DNA from: Raillietiella orientalis | Taxonomy: Eukaryota | Length of the DNA stretch: 33,034 bases | NCBI GenBank assembly: GCA_036172245.1 | Contig: JAYWIR010000196.1 | Location: 1-33,034 of the forward strand | Reading direction: 5' to 3' | Shown here: positions 21,994 to 32,189 of the stretch, piece after piece | Layout: each line of letters starts with the position of its first letter | How positions within the stretch are numbered: position 1 is the stretch's first letter | Position numbers and translations under genes: made by a program | Notes under the pieces: model-generated | The model's database searches: none | What the model saw: only the letters and a program-made list of their open reading frames with translations | Told to the model about the DNA's origin: nothing

Positions 21994-24900
21994 ATGAGCG
22001 GAGGAAAGCACCATTTGGTAACATTGTGGGCTTTGCGCTTCATCCTTGACGACATTCCGTCGTTGCTGGGGGCAACCGCACGGTTTTCGCTTTCGATATG
22101 GGTGCGTCGGTTTCATGGGAACCGTTGTGGAGTCCTATGGTGGCCTGAGGGGTATTCCTTGACTTCGCAGCAGCCTTCCAATGCAGGAATTTTGTTTGCA
22201 GAATAAAGTGTGGTCCCTAGCGTGGACAACGACGTGGCTATGTGGACGCTTTGGTGCATTCAGTCCACTCTCTCTCATTGAGAGGATGTCGCGCCACCCA
22301 GGAAGGAATTTCGGGACGGCTTTCTCACCGATGCAGATCATAGAAAATCCAGTAATCTTCGTGTGGAGGATGACCCATTCGGGGGCCGTTCCCTTGTCTG
22401 GTTTAGGGGTGGGAAAGGAATCATGAAGGTACCGCGAGGGGAATATCTTGCGCGATGTCTTGTGTATGGGCGAAAAGACCCAAGGCGAACTTTCGCGAAG
22501 ACTGAGTTCCCAAGTGAGATCCGTATGCAATTTACCACTGTACTTTGTTCTTTTTGTTTCAGAATTACTACTTGAAGGTGAAAATTGGACACCCCCAGAA
22601 AACTGCTCTTCTCCTTCCGAATTCACAAAGGCGTGATCTTGTGGTTATTTCGGATGACTCCGCTAAATCTATGAACGGTATTTTCATTCACGTTATAGAA
22701 ATGAAGATGATGACGAATTTTGCTTTCTAGGAAACACCCGCACAAATAAATACAGCACGTCCAATTCGGACACGTATTCGCTCATGCAGGAGCAGCTTGA
22801 TGAAAATGACCTAGGAGTGGGACAGATTGCGAAGGAAAAAATTCGGGTGCGTTCTCGTGGGGATCATTGTGATCGTTGTGATGCATGCAGTCCAGGACCC
22901 ATCAGGATTTCCCTTAGATTGCGTTGTCTGGTGATGATGTAGCGGGAATTGGTGCTTTCTTTGTGACTCTGGGGTTTCAAACTTTTTTACTGAAAAATCC
23001 GGTTCCAATGCACCACCGAGTGCTTGGATATGTAGGGCGGACGAAGCGTTCAAACCCCAAAACGGAAAGATGGCGCATTTTCCGTGGTGTTCTGCTCAAC
23101 ACACGGAACCGTTTCCTGTCAGAGAGCGGTGTTCGAATCACGTGAGCGCATGCGCATTTGTGCTCCTGTTTTCGGGAGGCGCTATCCTGGGCAATTTCAA
23201 GCTTTCACTTGAAAATTTGGAACATTTCGATTACTTTCGCAGGAGAATGCACTTTTCCTGTACTTCCAGGTCGCAGGCCACACTTTCAAGGATGTTTCTT
23301 TCTCCGTAATCAGAAGGAGCGTAGCTGACAAGAAAGGTTATTCTACAAGCTTGGATGGGTTGTTTGGACTCGGTTCTTCTGCCGGGGACCAGGATCTTTC
23401 ATCGACAGCGTTTCTGGACCATTTCGAAAAGCTGATACCTTATCCTCTAGGCCTGAGATTCAATTTTCTCCTGTACAGGTGAGATGCTCACGAAAAATCT
23501 CTCTTTCCCACAAAGAAGCACCCGTCCTTCACACGAGTGCTTTCATCCCTCACCGAAGCGCTCGAGATGCGATCCGTTTTTCCTACTCTTCCGCAAAGAG
23601 ATGTCCTGAAAGGAAACGTCTCTCGTATACGAAGGGGGAAAGGACACACCTAACGTACGGCACCCCTTCTGGTCGAAGTACCACAAACACTTCTCCTTTC
23701 CTTAATTCCTCAGCCGATCCATACTATACGTAGGGTTACTATGTGTGTTTGCATATGTGATACATACATATGAAACGCACATGGAAATATCGAATTACAA
23801 AAAAAAACAATGAGTGCGTATGAAAATAATGCGAAAGGAATGTTTAAATGCAAAGGAATCTGAAAAATCAATTAACCACTCTGGTCTTTCATCTTCCTCA
23901 TTTCCAGCCCTCCACGAGTGAAACTGCCTCAGGAAGTGGCGGATCCCATTCTCAGCATCTGCATCATTCGATCAATGGACGCGTTTCTTTCTCGATATTT
24001 ATATACTCGTTCCATACGTATTTACCGTGTGTAGAAATGCATGCCACTACATAAGAGAACACATGTATTTGTGTCTTATCATCATTTATATATATATTGT
24101 TTAAGATGTATCATTAATTACATTAATTAACATAATTTTGCACGAATATCGCCATATAAATGCTTCACAGGCATTTGTATTCTTTTCCATCATCTTTATA
24201 CCACATAGTGCTCTGTACGTATATGTTGATGTATAAAGATAAAGATAAGGATGAAATGCGTTATGTGCTCATCATTACTTATAACAATAATATGTATTCT
24301 TATAGATGTTAATAAACGTGTACGTTAAAATAACTTTGTGAGTGGCTCTACATCGAAATTTAGATAATCAACTTTTGCATTTACTTTGGATATTCTTCCA
24401 AAAATATTTTTTCCACATATAAATACGGATTACTAATAATGCGCATAAAGAGCCATATTTTATGATCCTTTGTCCTTTTGACCATTTCGGATTTTCATAG
24501 GCACCTTCCACCTGCCCTGTCCACCAAAATGCAAAGACCGCCAGAGGGCAATGAAGGGAATCGCTCCTCTTATTTGCCTTTTCCCTTCTGTACCCTCGCG
24601 TGATCTGAACTCGGGGGGGAGGGGGGCATCATTCTCCACGGGATTATTCTATTTCTCACTCTCCACCGGCACGTTCCATTCTCTCACATCTGCACGATGG
24701 GAACCCGGTTGTTGCCATGGTTCCGCCTCTGTGCACATCTGGATGCGAGGCTCATCACGGATCTTCCTGCTGAGTTCTTTTGATCTGAAGCGGGGCAAAA
24801 AAGTCAAAACCCTTGTCGAAACGCAGAGCACCGCCAACAGATTCCCCATTTCTTCATCTTTGAGGTGCTTTCTCTCGTGGCTTCTCAACACTTCCCGATA

Positions 24901-26266
24901 CCAAGAATGGGATTCATCAGTGGCATTCGGGAAGCGGCCGAGGTCGTCGATCTTCATGAAGGAGCTCCCTCACGATGGCAGTTAGCTGCTACACTCCAAA
25001 CAAGCAAACACTTGGAAAGTGTAGCAACGACTTGCACGCGTGGGTGGTACTTGGTCGCGCACCAAAAGCCGTTGGCAGGCAAAAAATTGGAAATTCTTAT
25101 TGGTCGGCGTGAAAAATGCTCTGTGCGGAGATCGTGTCTTCACGAGACTGAATCGGTTCTTAATACCAACCGTGCGTGAAGGGAAGCCATCGGCTAGCGC
25201 GTGGTGATCGATGGAAACAGCACGTTTGCTCATTGAAGATTGGGTGACATAGTGGACAGATCCTTCTATGTAGTAGCCCTTGAAGAGGCTGAAGAGTTGT
25301 AAAGGCAGTTCTTGCATTCCCCACCATTTGTGACAACCTGTAGTTTGTTGCACATCAGTCGAGCTGCGAAACAAGAAGAGGACAAAGGCGAGGTCTGGTT
25401 GTCTAGCCTAAGAGAATGTTGGCTTGTTGGCAGGCAGCGTTGACTCTCGTGTTAAATTCTAGACACCATTAAAACGATGCCCCCCATCTCAGATCTTTGT
25501 AAATTTCAATATCACTAAAAGATAATTAATGATGACTTGCTTGATGTTACTACTTCTAACCGATTCGCTCCTTCTTGCAGTGAGCCAAGCAGAAACCACG
25601 AAGTTGGAAAACTGTCCATAGGGATGCAAAGGCAGCAGAGCATTCCAAACGACTTGATAATGGAAACTATTGGCACTGGAAATTGGATCTTTCCCATCGA
25701 CAAGTAAGTGATTGCAGAGAAATATGCTGGAAAGCGGTTAACAGCTAGCATCTCTTTTGTTAAGCGCGGTAGTGGGATCAATGAGAATCTGCAAGCACAA
25801 TTGTGCTTTATTTGTCGTTTTTGACGATCCTTGTCTTCAACTTCCCAAACAAGCGTACCGCAAATACTCTGAAATGATAACGAATGCGGATAAGAGTGGA
25901 CGGCTCATGAAGGTGAGTTACAGCATTTTGTAGGTCTATTTTCACAAGATGACATAGATACCTTGTTCCAGTGCTAAGGATGTTCCCGAATTCAGCTTCG
26001 TCATGGGAAATCGGCAGTTCAGCTTCAGAGGCTTGGAGTACACGAGGAAGGTAAAGGAACAAACGAAACGTCTTCAGGAAAAACACGAAGAGGTTTTTCA
26101 GGTGGAATCCAGGAGTGGTGCAGGGGATCAATGCGAAATATTGATCCGAGCACAACCTGAGCTAAAGAACAAGCAGATAGCATTGGGAACCCTTTTCTTG
26201 GAGAAGTATCCAACGGACTTTCATCCCACCGAAGGGAAAATGATCGTTGGAGGCCTGCATTCCTAG
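21994..26266 (+). CDS. Spliced gene for a pepsin/cathepsin-D-like (peptidase A1) homologue lacking both catalytic Asp
   Basis: Core exons 22563-22677, 22731-22846, 23270-23478, 25581-25703, 25765-25912, 25958-26050, 26102-26266 all have GT-AG introns and splice in frame to 322 aa with A1 hallmarks: YYLKVKIGHP, KYSTSNSDTY, LDGLFGLG, FNFLLY, GKLSIG, WIFPID, CKHNC, IPC..VPEFSF, LGTLFLEKY. The 5' exons (21994-22101, and 22202 or 22337 to 22408) are tentative. Confidence 0.85.
22563..22677 (+). CDS. A1 homologue exon, first active-site region (DTG replaced by NSQ)
   Basis: tttcag|NYYLKVKIGHPQKTALLLPNSQRRDLVVISDDSAKSMN-G|gtattt. Confidence 0.85.
22731..22846 (+). CDS. A1 homologue exon, flap region
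   Basis: ttctag|(G)NTRTNKYSTSNSDTYSLMQEQLDENDLGVGQIAKEKIR|gtgcgt; 53-nt upstream intron. Confidence 0.85.
23270..23478 (+). CDS. A1 homologue exon, DGxxGLG motif
   Basis: ttccag|VAGHTFKDVSF…SLDGLFGLGSS…LRFNFLLY-AG|gtgaga. Confidence 0.9.
24600..25400 (-). mobile_element. Degenerate transposon remnant (KDZ-like family) inside the 2.1-kb intron of the A1 gene
   Basis: ECKNC, VSIDHHAL and YTF…FACLECS parallel TCPNG, VSLVDPHHAL and YTF…SCG at 19570-19010. Confidence 0.35.
25581..25703 (+). CDS. A1 homologue exon
   Basis: ttgcag|T-EPSRNHEVGKLSIG…GNWIFPID-AA|gtaagt; phase matches the upstream exon. Confidence 0.88.
25765..25912 (+). CDS. A1 homologue exon, second active-site region (DTG replaced by VFD)
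   Basis: gttaag|C-AVVGSMRICKHNCALFVVFDDPCLQLP…RLMK|gtgagt. Confidence 0.88.
25958..26050 (+). CDS. A1 homologue exon
   Basis: acatag|IPCSSAKDVPEFSFVMGNRQFSFRGLEYTRK|gtaaag; 45-nt upstream intron. Confidence 0.85.
26102..26266 (+). CDS. A1 homologue last exon
   Basis: tttcag|VESRSGAGDQCEIL…IALGTLFLEKYPTDF…IVGGLHS*, cf. WILGDVFxxKYYTxFD…RVG. Confidence 0.9.
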   Translation: MESRSGAGDQCEILIRAQPELKNKQIALGTLFLEKYPTDFHPTEGKMIVGGLHS

Positions 26267-26329
26267 CAGAATGTCGTTCGCGGCTGCCGCGAAATGAAAG
26301 TGACTTCGTTATGAACCACGCATACTCGT

Positions 26330-27500
26330 GCTCGTTCGTTTGGGCTTCCTTGGGTTCAGAGGAAGCGGAAGTGACACGCCAGCAGATGGGGTTCACCACA
26401 GCAACGAAGGCACCTTTGCACTTCATATCGGCACGCAAGGAGTGCACAGAGCACATTCTTTCAGTGATGCGCCCTCCACATCGCATGCGACGCACCAAAG
26501 TGCACGCAGCACGCTTTCCCATTCCCTTGAGCTTTCCCTGTCGGCGAATGTGTGCGTACTTTAGGCCGCCGTCGTTAGAGAAAGTCTTCTCAGCTACAGC
26601 AGGCGCTTCATCCTTTGGGCACCTTGGAAACAACAGCCCCTCATCCCGACGCGGAGTCGAAGCGACCTTCGGCCGCACGCTCAACCACCCTCTGAGCTGG
26701 AAGGCGTGACTCAAGGGGACTGCGGTTCGACTTTTTACGTGGCGCTGGACGTGGCGAGCGAGAAGGAGGCGGGGGAGGGAATGCACGAAGATTCTGTACT
26801 CCCTCCATCGCCTCCTGAATGTAAAGGGATGGTTGCCAGCGTGCCTGCCCCGTGTGGGCTCCGTTTGTCTGTACGCTCTCCCAGGCGTACGTGCTTTGTC
26901 AGTGCACCTGTGGATCCCGTAGCTGAAACATTGTCGTAGGCGTAGCGCTTCAGTGTTGAAAAGGAAGGAGCCGCAACACTTGGTTCTTCCACTAAGGAAG
27001 GACAGGAGAGATTGCATCCTTGTCTTCCAAGTCTATGGAAGTGAAGCGTCTACTCTGGATGAATCATTCCTCGTTCCGACATGGGAATGGAGCGCTCTGC
27101 CTTCTTCCACAGAGTCCTGTGCTCTTTTCCGTATCAGTGGACAACCGTGGTGGTCCACCTCACATGGACAACCTTCCTCGCGGCGAAAGCGGCTTCGCGG
27201 AACGAGCAACGCAAGTGTGGAACCGCGCACCACTGTGGGTAAATTTCGAAAGGTTCGATGGGAGTCTTCAGTAGCCATGCTGCAGCGCACATGGTGAGGA
27301 ACAGAGGGGCAAGTTGCTTCTCGAACTCGAGTTCGCCGGACATGAGTTCTACATCTGGTATGTGGAGACACCCAAATGCTGTGGCAGTGCCTCGTTGTGC
27401 CACGCACTGCCATTGGAATTTTCAAGAAAAAGTCTGGACAGCGAATCAATCCACACTGACCTTTTCGGCAGTGAGAACTCGGGTCTTCGAGGTGGAAGAA
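26330..27500 (+). mobile_element. Degenerate LINE 5' UTR and ORF1 remnant (copy I)
   Basis: VVVHLTW and LEFAGHEFYIWYVETPKCCG match MMVHLTG and LEVANEAVDHWYVGKPRYCG of ORF1 at 31652..32110. Confidence 0.65.
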
Positions 27501-27974
27501 AAGGTTGGCAAAGAAGAAATCGTGAAAGGGAAAACGAGAGGAAAACGAGAACGGCGAATAGAGCAAGCAAAACGCCGAATAGCGATAGCATGAAGGAAGG
27601 TGCTGAAACTTATTCAAAAGGTCAATGCAACGAGCGCAACGGACGACTCTTTGGACCAAGACGCTGCAGCTGTGCAGCCAAGCAACCACCGGGAGACTTC
27701 CTGCCATAACAAAGCAGAGGAGCCAGTGTATACGCTGCATTCATCGTACTAATGTCGGAGAAAGGCTTTGAGGGCACCCGAAGCAGGGAAGGGAATGGCT
27801 TTGGTCGCGGAGCTGCTACGGAAGGTGGGAAGAAATTCTGAAACTCCGAGGCGGTGCGTTTCCCCGCAGTGCCTGTCTCTGAGATCGAGAAGACCATGTC
27901 AATGGTTTGCCTGGTGTGCGGTGGAAATAGCCAAGAAGATAATGAGCCTCGGCAACAGGAAGGAGAAGTGAAAA

Positions 27975-29107
27975 TTTTTAAAAATTAAATAAAAATGAAC
28001 ATAAAAAAGCGCTTCAGGGTTTGTGATAGGATTGCTGCTCGTTGGTGGACAGCCCTTGAATCTTTGCTAGGATGCCGGCAAGGTTTTGCTAAATAGTCCT
28101 CAACTGGGGGCACGTTGCTGCAATCCGGAGAAACTGAATGGCAAGGTGGTTGCGTCCTTTTTGTCCTGACCTCCATAGGCGTCTCCTTAGGCAGTCACAT
28201 TCCTGCGCAGGCAGCAAAGTGCTGCTAAGGACACGAGACGTAAGTAGAAAACAGCGCTGCAGGATGTCTCTGAAGTTGTCGTCGTCCGGGTTTCTCGGGG
28301 TCACAGCAAAGTGTTTTCTCACGGACCGGAGGGCTTGACTAAACATAAGCGGGTGAGGAAGGGATTTCCACTCTCCGAACCTGTTCAAGCTGGGGCGACG
28401 CCTGGTCCAGTGATGACAGTCGAATGGCGTTGCAAGGGAGGCACCATTGCAGCAGAAGGATCACAAACTGCCATTTAAGCAAGAAGGTGTGAGTGTTTGG
28501 CAGCTCTGGGGGCACTTGGCGTGTTTTTGGGAAATTCCATCTAGATCTCCCCAGAGCAAGAGTTCTTTCGGTAAAGCACTTGCGGTCGCAGCGTTTGTGG
28601 ACTAGCCCGTGGTCCAATTACCTAGAAGCTTTCTCCTGAATTGGAACTTGCAGGAGGTCTACTGGCAACAGCATAGCTGCAGAATATTCCATTTTGCCGG
28701 TAGATTGCTGCCAAAATGTTTCTTAAAAGGGGTAGCTCCGCGGTAAGGATAGTTTTTTCCGCTGATGACACTGGCTGGGATGCAGGATGATCTCCTGCAG
28801 AATTGAGCTGGTAAAGAAGTACAGTAGTCGCCGCCATGACTTTGGGATCGCCCCGGTTGTCCATAGGCGAATGGCTTCCTGCGACCAGTCGCTACGCGGG
28901 AAGGCAGGAGAATCAAATGATCTTCCTGATCAATGCCGGAGCTTTTGTCAGCAAAAGGCCACCTTTCGGCGGCAACGCATATGGGAGAAAAACATGTCTC
29001 GTAGCCTGCCGCTTGCCTGACCAAGTTGCTCAGACAACCTTACTTGTTGGTGGTCCACCTCTTCGCCACTGGAGACAAAGTTCTTTCCTTTTCAAAGACC
29101 GTTGCTC
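27975..29107 (-). mobile_element. LINE copy G (A-like subfamily): degenerate post-RT region
   Basis: NTHTFLLKWQFVILLLQWCLPCNA, KSLPHPL, QFLRIAATCPQL and NLAGIL match copy A peptides. Confidence 0.8.
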
Positions 29108-31013
29108 TTCATCTACTTTGAGTTGGTGCTGAGAGCGTACAGGCTCACGCTGGCCGTCCTGCCTGGAGCCTCTCCATGCACGTCGTCCGTTCCAGCATAC
29201 TCCGACGACCTTCTGCTTCTGTTGCCCATGTCCACTCCGCCGGTCGGAGACTTCTCCGAGCTCATCCGTCGTATAGCGGGCATGAGCGTCAACAGGGCGA
29301 AGTGATCCGTCGTACCTGTGGGTGAGTCGTAGGAGGGACAGGCCGACTGGATCCGCCTGGGGATCCCCACGGTCAAGTACTTCAAGTACCTTGGAGTACC
29401 GTTGGGCGACTTCTGCTCGTCAGAAGCGTGGTCTGTCTGTGTTCAAAAGGCAGAGATGGCTCTCGGTCCGTTCCTGGAAGGCAAGTTCGTCTTGCCGGAA
29501 AGGGCGTGCATATGGAACACTTTTCTTGCTCTCCTTCTCCGCCCCTTGTTTTTTGTTTGCCCGCCTCCTACTTGGAGGAACGCAGAGCCTCCAACGCAAA
29601 GCCTTGTGAGGCGCTTTACGCTCTCGGGTTCGCCTCAAAGATTTGGTGACGCCACATCAGGACGCAGGCTTGGGCATCCTGACCATACAGAAGATTGAAC
29701 TGCAAGTGCAGTTCCGGGTTCTATCCCTATGTGGGAAATTGTGGTCTAGTCACTGGTGTGCTCCGGCTCGCCATATCCTCCAGCGATGTGTCGGCAGTGC
29801 AGGACTGCTTTCGTTGCTGCCGCGTAACCTTCGCCGAAGAACTGAATTTGGCTACCCTCTGAGGCATCTCTCCTCGTTGTTGTTAGCCCATTCCTGGATT
29901 TCCTGCCGCCCCTCCAACTGGAATGCTCAGCAGCAGGAAGCTCTGGAGCACTGGACTCCCACTTTGGATGTGCGTCCAGAGCAACTGCGACCTCTTAAGG
30001 GCCTCTTACACAAACCGCTAGGAGTGATCCTACAGGACTGGTCGCTTTGGTCCCGGGTAGCCGTCTCACCCATCGCCGCAGCGCTGTCTGCTCTCAGGGC
30101 AAACAACGACAGTAGCCAACCGGCAAGATGGGAGTTCTTCTGCAGCATTGCAGGAGTGGAAAGACTGCTGAGCGGCTGCAAAACAAGCGTGTTGGTAAAA
30201 GCTGCCACTCCTAGGTACCCGGCAAAGGGACTCCTCCGGTGGAGTGAGGTTGTTGGATTACTCCCCGAAGATCTCGTGGTCCCTTCCTTGTGTGTGGACA
30301 CCTCCGTGTTCCCGCTTCGATGGAAACAGGATGTTCTGCTTTTCCTGCACTGGGGATTTCAGTGCAATAAGCGCAGACACTTGGTTTCCGGGGGAGTCGC
30401 CTCCCCGAACTGCCTCAGGTGCGGGCCGATAGAATCGCTTACGCACCTGCTCCTTGAATGCACTGACTTGCAGGAGTTATGGCGGAGACTTGCTTCGGCA
30501 CTTCGACGTCCCCAGTACACTGCCATCGACCTGCTGCTATGCTTCTTCAGCGAAGATGGGCTGGATAAAGGCGCTGTGATTGCAGCAGTCTGTTGCATCC
30601 GCGCCATCGTAGCGGCCCGCCGTAAGCTACAAGGAAGCTCTCAACGGATGGACGCCGCCAGGATAGCCTCGAACCGAATGACGGTAGCTCTCAGGTGGCC
30701 TCATCTGTCCAGAAAAGTCTCCAGGGAAGTCGACATCGTCAGACAGCGCTTCTATGAAGATGAGGAACGTTTAATGCCAAAGATCCCTTACCCCACACTC
30801 CACTGTATTTTTGTTTGTTCTCTTTTGTTTTGTTTATTTTGTACCCCTGTGCCCCCGAATCCTTTTTTTTGAAGCCGGCCTGCATGCCGGTGGTCCTTCC
30901 AGGCTAAACCTTTTGTATAGGCGTTTCTTGTGTCTTGAGGGGATATAATTTCCCTTCAAGTTTGTGGTTTGTTTTCACGAATAAACGTCCCGGCGAGACC
31001 GGGTTCAAACAGC
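29099..31013 (+). mobile_element. L1/Tx1-like LINE copy D: 5'-truncated within RT, complete 3' end
   Basis: PLLF, YSDD, VNRAK*, FKYLGVPLG with stops, then open 409-aa ORF 29643..30872 with CLRCGPIESLTHLLLEC. AATAAA at 30980-30985. Confidence 0.92.
30934..31013 (+). other. LINE 3'-terminal structure of copy D
   Basis: cttgagggga 30934-30943 / tcccttcaag 30951-30960 (10 bp, one G-U); AATAAA 30980-30985; cccgg 30989-30993 / ccggg 30999-31003; aaacagc 31007-31013. Confidence 0.7.
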
Positions 31014-31014
31014 A

Positions 31015-31135
31015 TCAGTGCGGCGAAGCTCGGCACCAAGGGGACGAGCTCTGCATCGAAGCACGGAAAGAACTCCGCGGGCAGGTCATCCTTTCCAGGC
31101 GCCTTACACCTCTTCAGGCGTAAGGCGTAAGCCCT
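31015..31135 (-). mobile_element. Small LINE RT N-terminal fragment
   Basis: LKRCKAPGKDDLPAEFF matches the KAPGxDGxPxEFY motif that precedes non-LTR RT domains. Confidence 0.75.
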
Positions 31136-31252
31136 TCGCCAAAACCTGGTGAAGGTGGACGTGTTTTTTGGTCGCTCCGTCAGGGAGTGTCTGGAAAGCA
31201 ACCTAAGTTCGTCAAGTTTAGTGAGGTGTTTAGTGTGGATCGTCGGTGTCTG

Positions 31253-32170
31253 ATGGCAGCCTTGCCAGAGGACACCGCGATGGAGGTAGGCATGAGGGAG
31301 GCGTGTCCTACAACCTACAGAAACAGGGGCATCTGCCCCGGGATCCTCTTCGGAGCACGCGAGGAGCTGGAGCGCCGTGGTGGCAGCGCCAAGCATAGAA
31401 GCCATGGCAGAGATGGCCGCATAAAGTCCTCCAGATACAAGCCATCGCTTGTATATAAGGTAGCTCCTTTATTTGACGGCCGGAAGGCACGCGCGTTTGC
31501 AAAGGCGCTAAAGGCCGCAGATGTGAAAGAACAAGTTCTTGACGGCCTCTCCGTCCTTAGGGGGCGTCAGCGCGTCGAGAAAGTCTGTTAAGAATTCACC
31601 TTGACCTAGCGCTTAATTGATACTTCTCTGAACGTACATGGCGGCAAGATCTTGCCGGTATCAATGGATCGCTCCATGATGGTCCATCTTACCGGCATCA
31701 CTAACCGCAGAGCGCGTCATGCGGTTAGTGAAGAATTGAAAAAGTATGGAGACGTGCACGCGCTGTGGGAAAAGCCCACGATATTCGAGAGCTACAATAG
31801 CCTCTTCGGAGGCCAGGCCACGGCGCGTGTCACGGTGAAGGTTGATTGTGGAATTCCCCACAAACTGGAGGTGGCCAACGAGGCCGTCGACCACTGGTAC
31901 GTGGGGAAACCACGGTATTGCGGGTACTGCAATGTAGTAGGGCGCCTCCGGAAGAGGTGCCCGAATACTGAGCGCTATTTGTGCGGGGAAAAGGGACACG
32001 TTCGACGCGTGTGTTCGAGACGCCCGTCAGACTCACCACGTACCGCCTGCAGCCAAAACGCCTACCCTTCGAGAAGGCGGCGGCGGAGCTCGCAACGATG
32101 CTCGCCGTGAGAACCCGTCACGCAAGGCCATGAGAAGGCCGGCTCAAGCGAGGAAGGCCCCCGCAGGTGA
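31253..32170 (+). pseudogene. LINE ORF1 (gag-like) remnant, copy H, with two degenerate CCHC knuckles
   Basis: ATG 31253. ORFs 31187..31591 and 31652..32110 are in one frame, separated by stops. CGYCNVVGRLRKRC and YLCGEKGHVRRVC. Aligns with ORF1 at 6797. Confidence 0.82.
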
Positions 32171-32189
32171 GTCCGACCTGGGGGCAGGA

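Noticed and set aside
21850..22400. KDZ-like peptides (SCIHLG, VFAFDMGASV, YVDALVH) on the plus strand
   Set aside because: They lie in different frames with stops, and the region is better explained as the 5' exons and introns of the A1 protease homologue.
23730..24480. AT-rich tract as an origin, satellite or MITE
   Set aside because: No periodicity or terminal inverted repeats seen; consistent with ordinary intron sequence.
25420..25525. Extra protease exon (MPPSQIFVNFNITK) with a mutated donor
   Set aside because: Exon 23270-23478 already supplies this part of the fold, with a canonical donor in the right phase.
26025..27017. 330-aa minus-strand ORF
   Set aside because: It is antisense to the protease last exons and a LINE 5' region, Arg-rich, with no recognisable domain; likely a shadow ORF.
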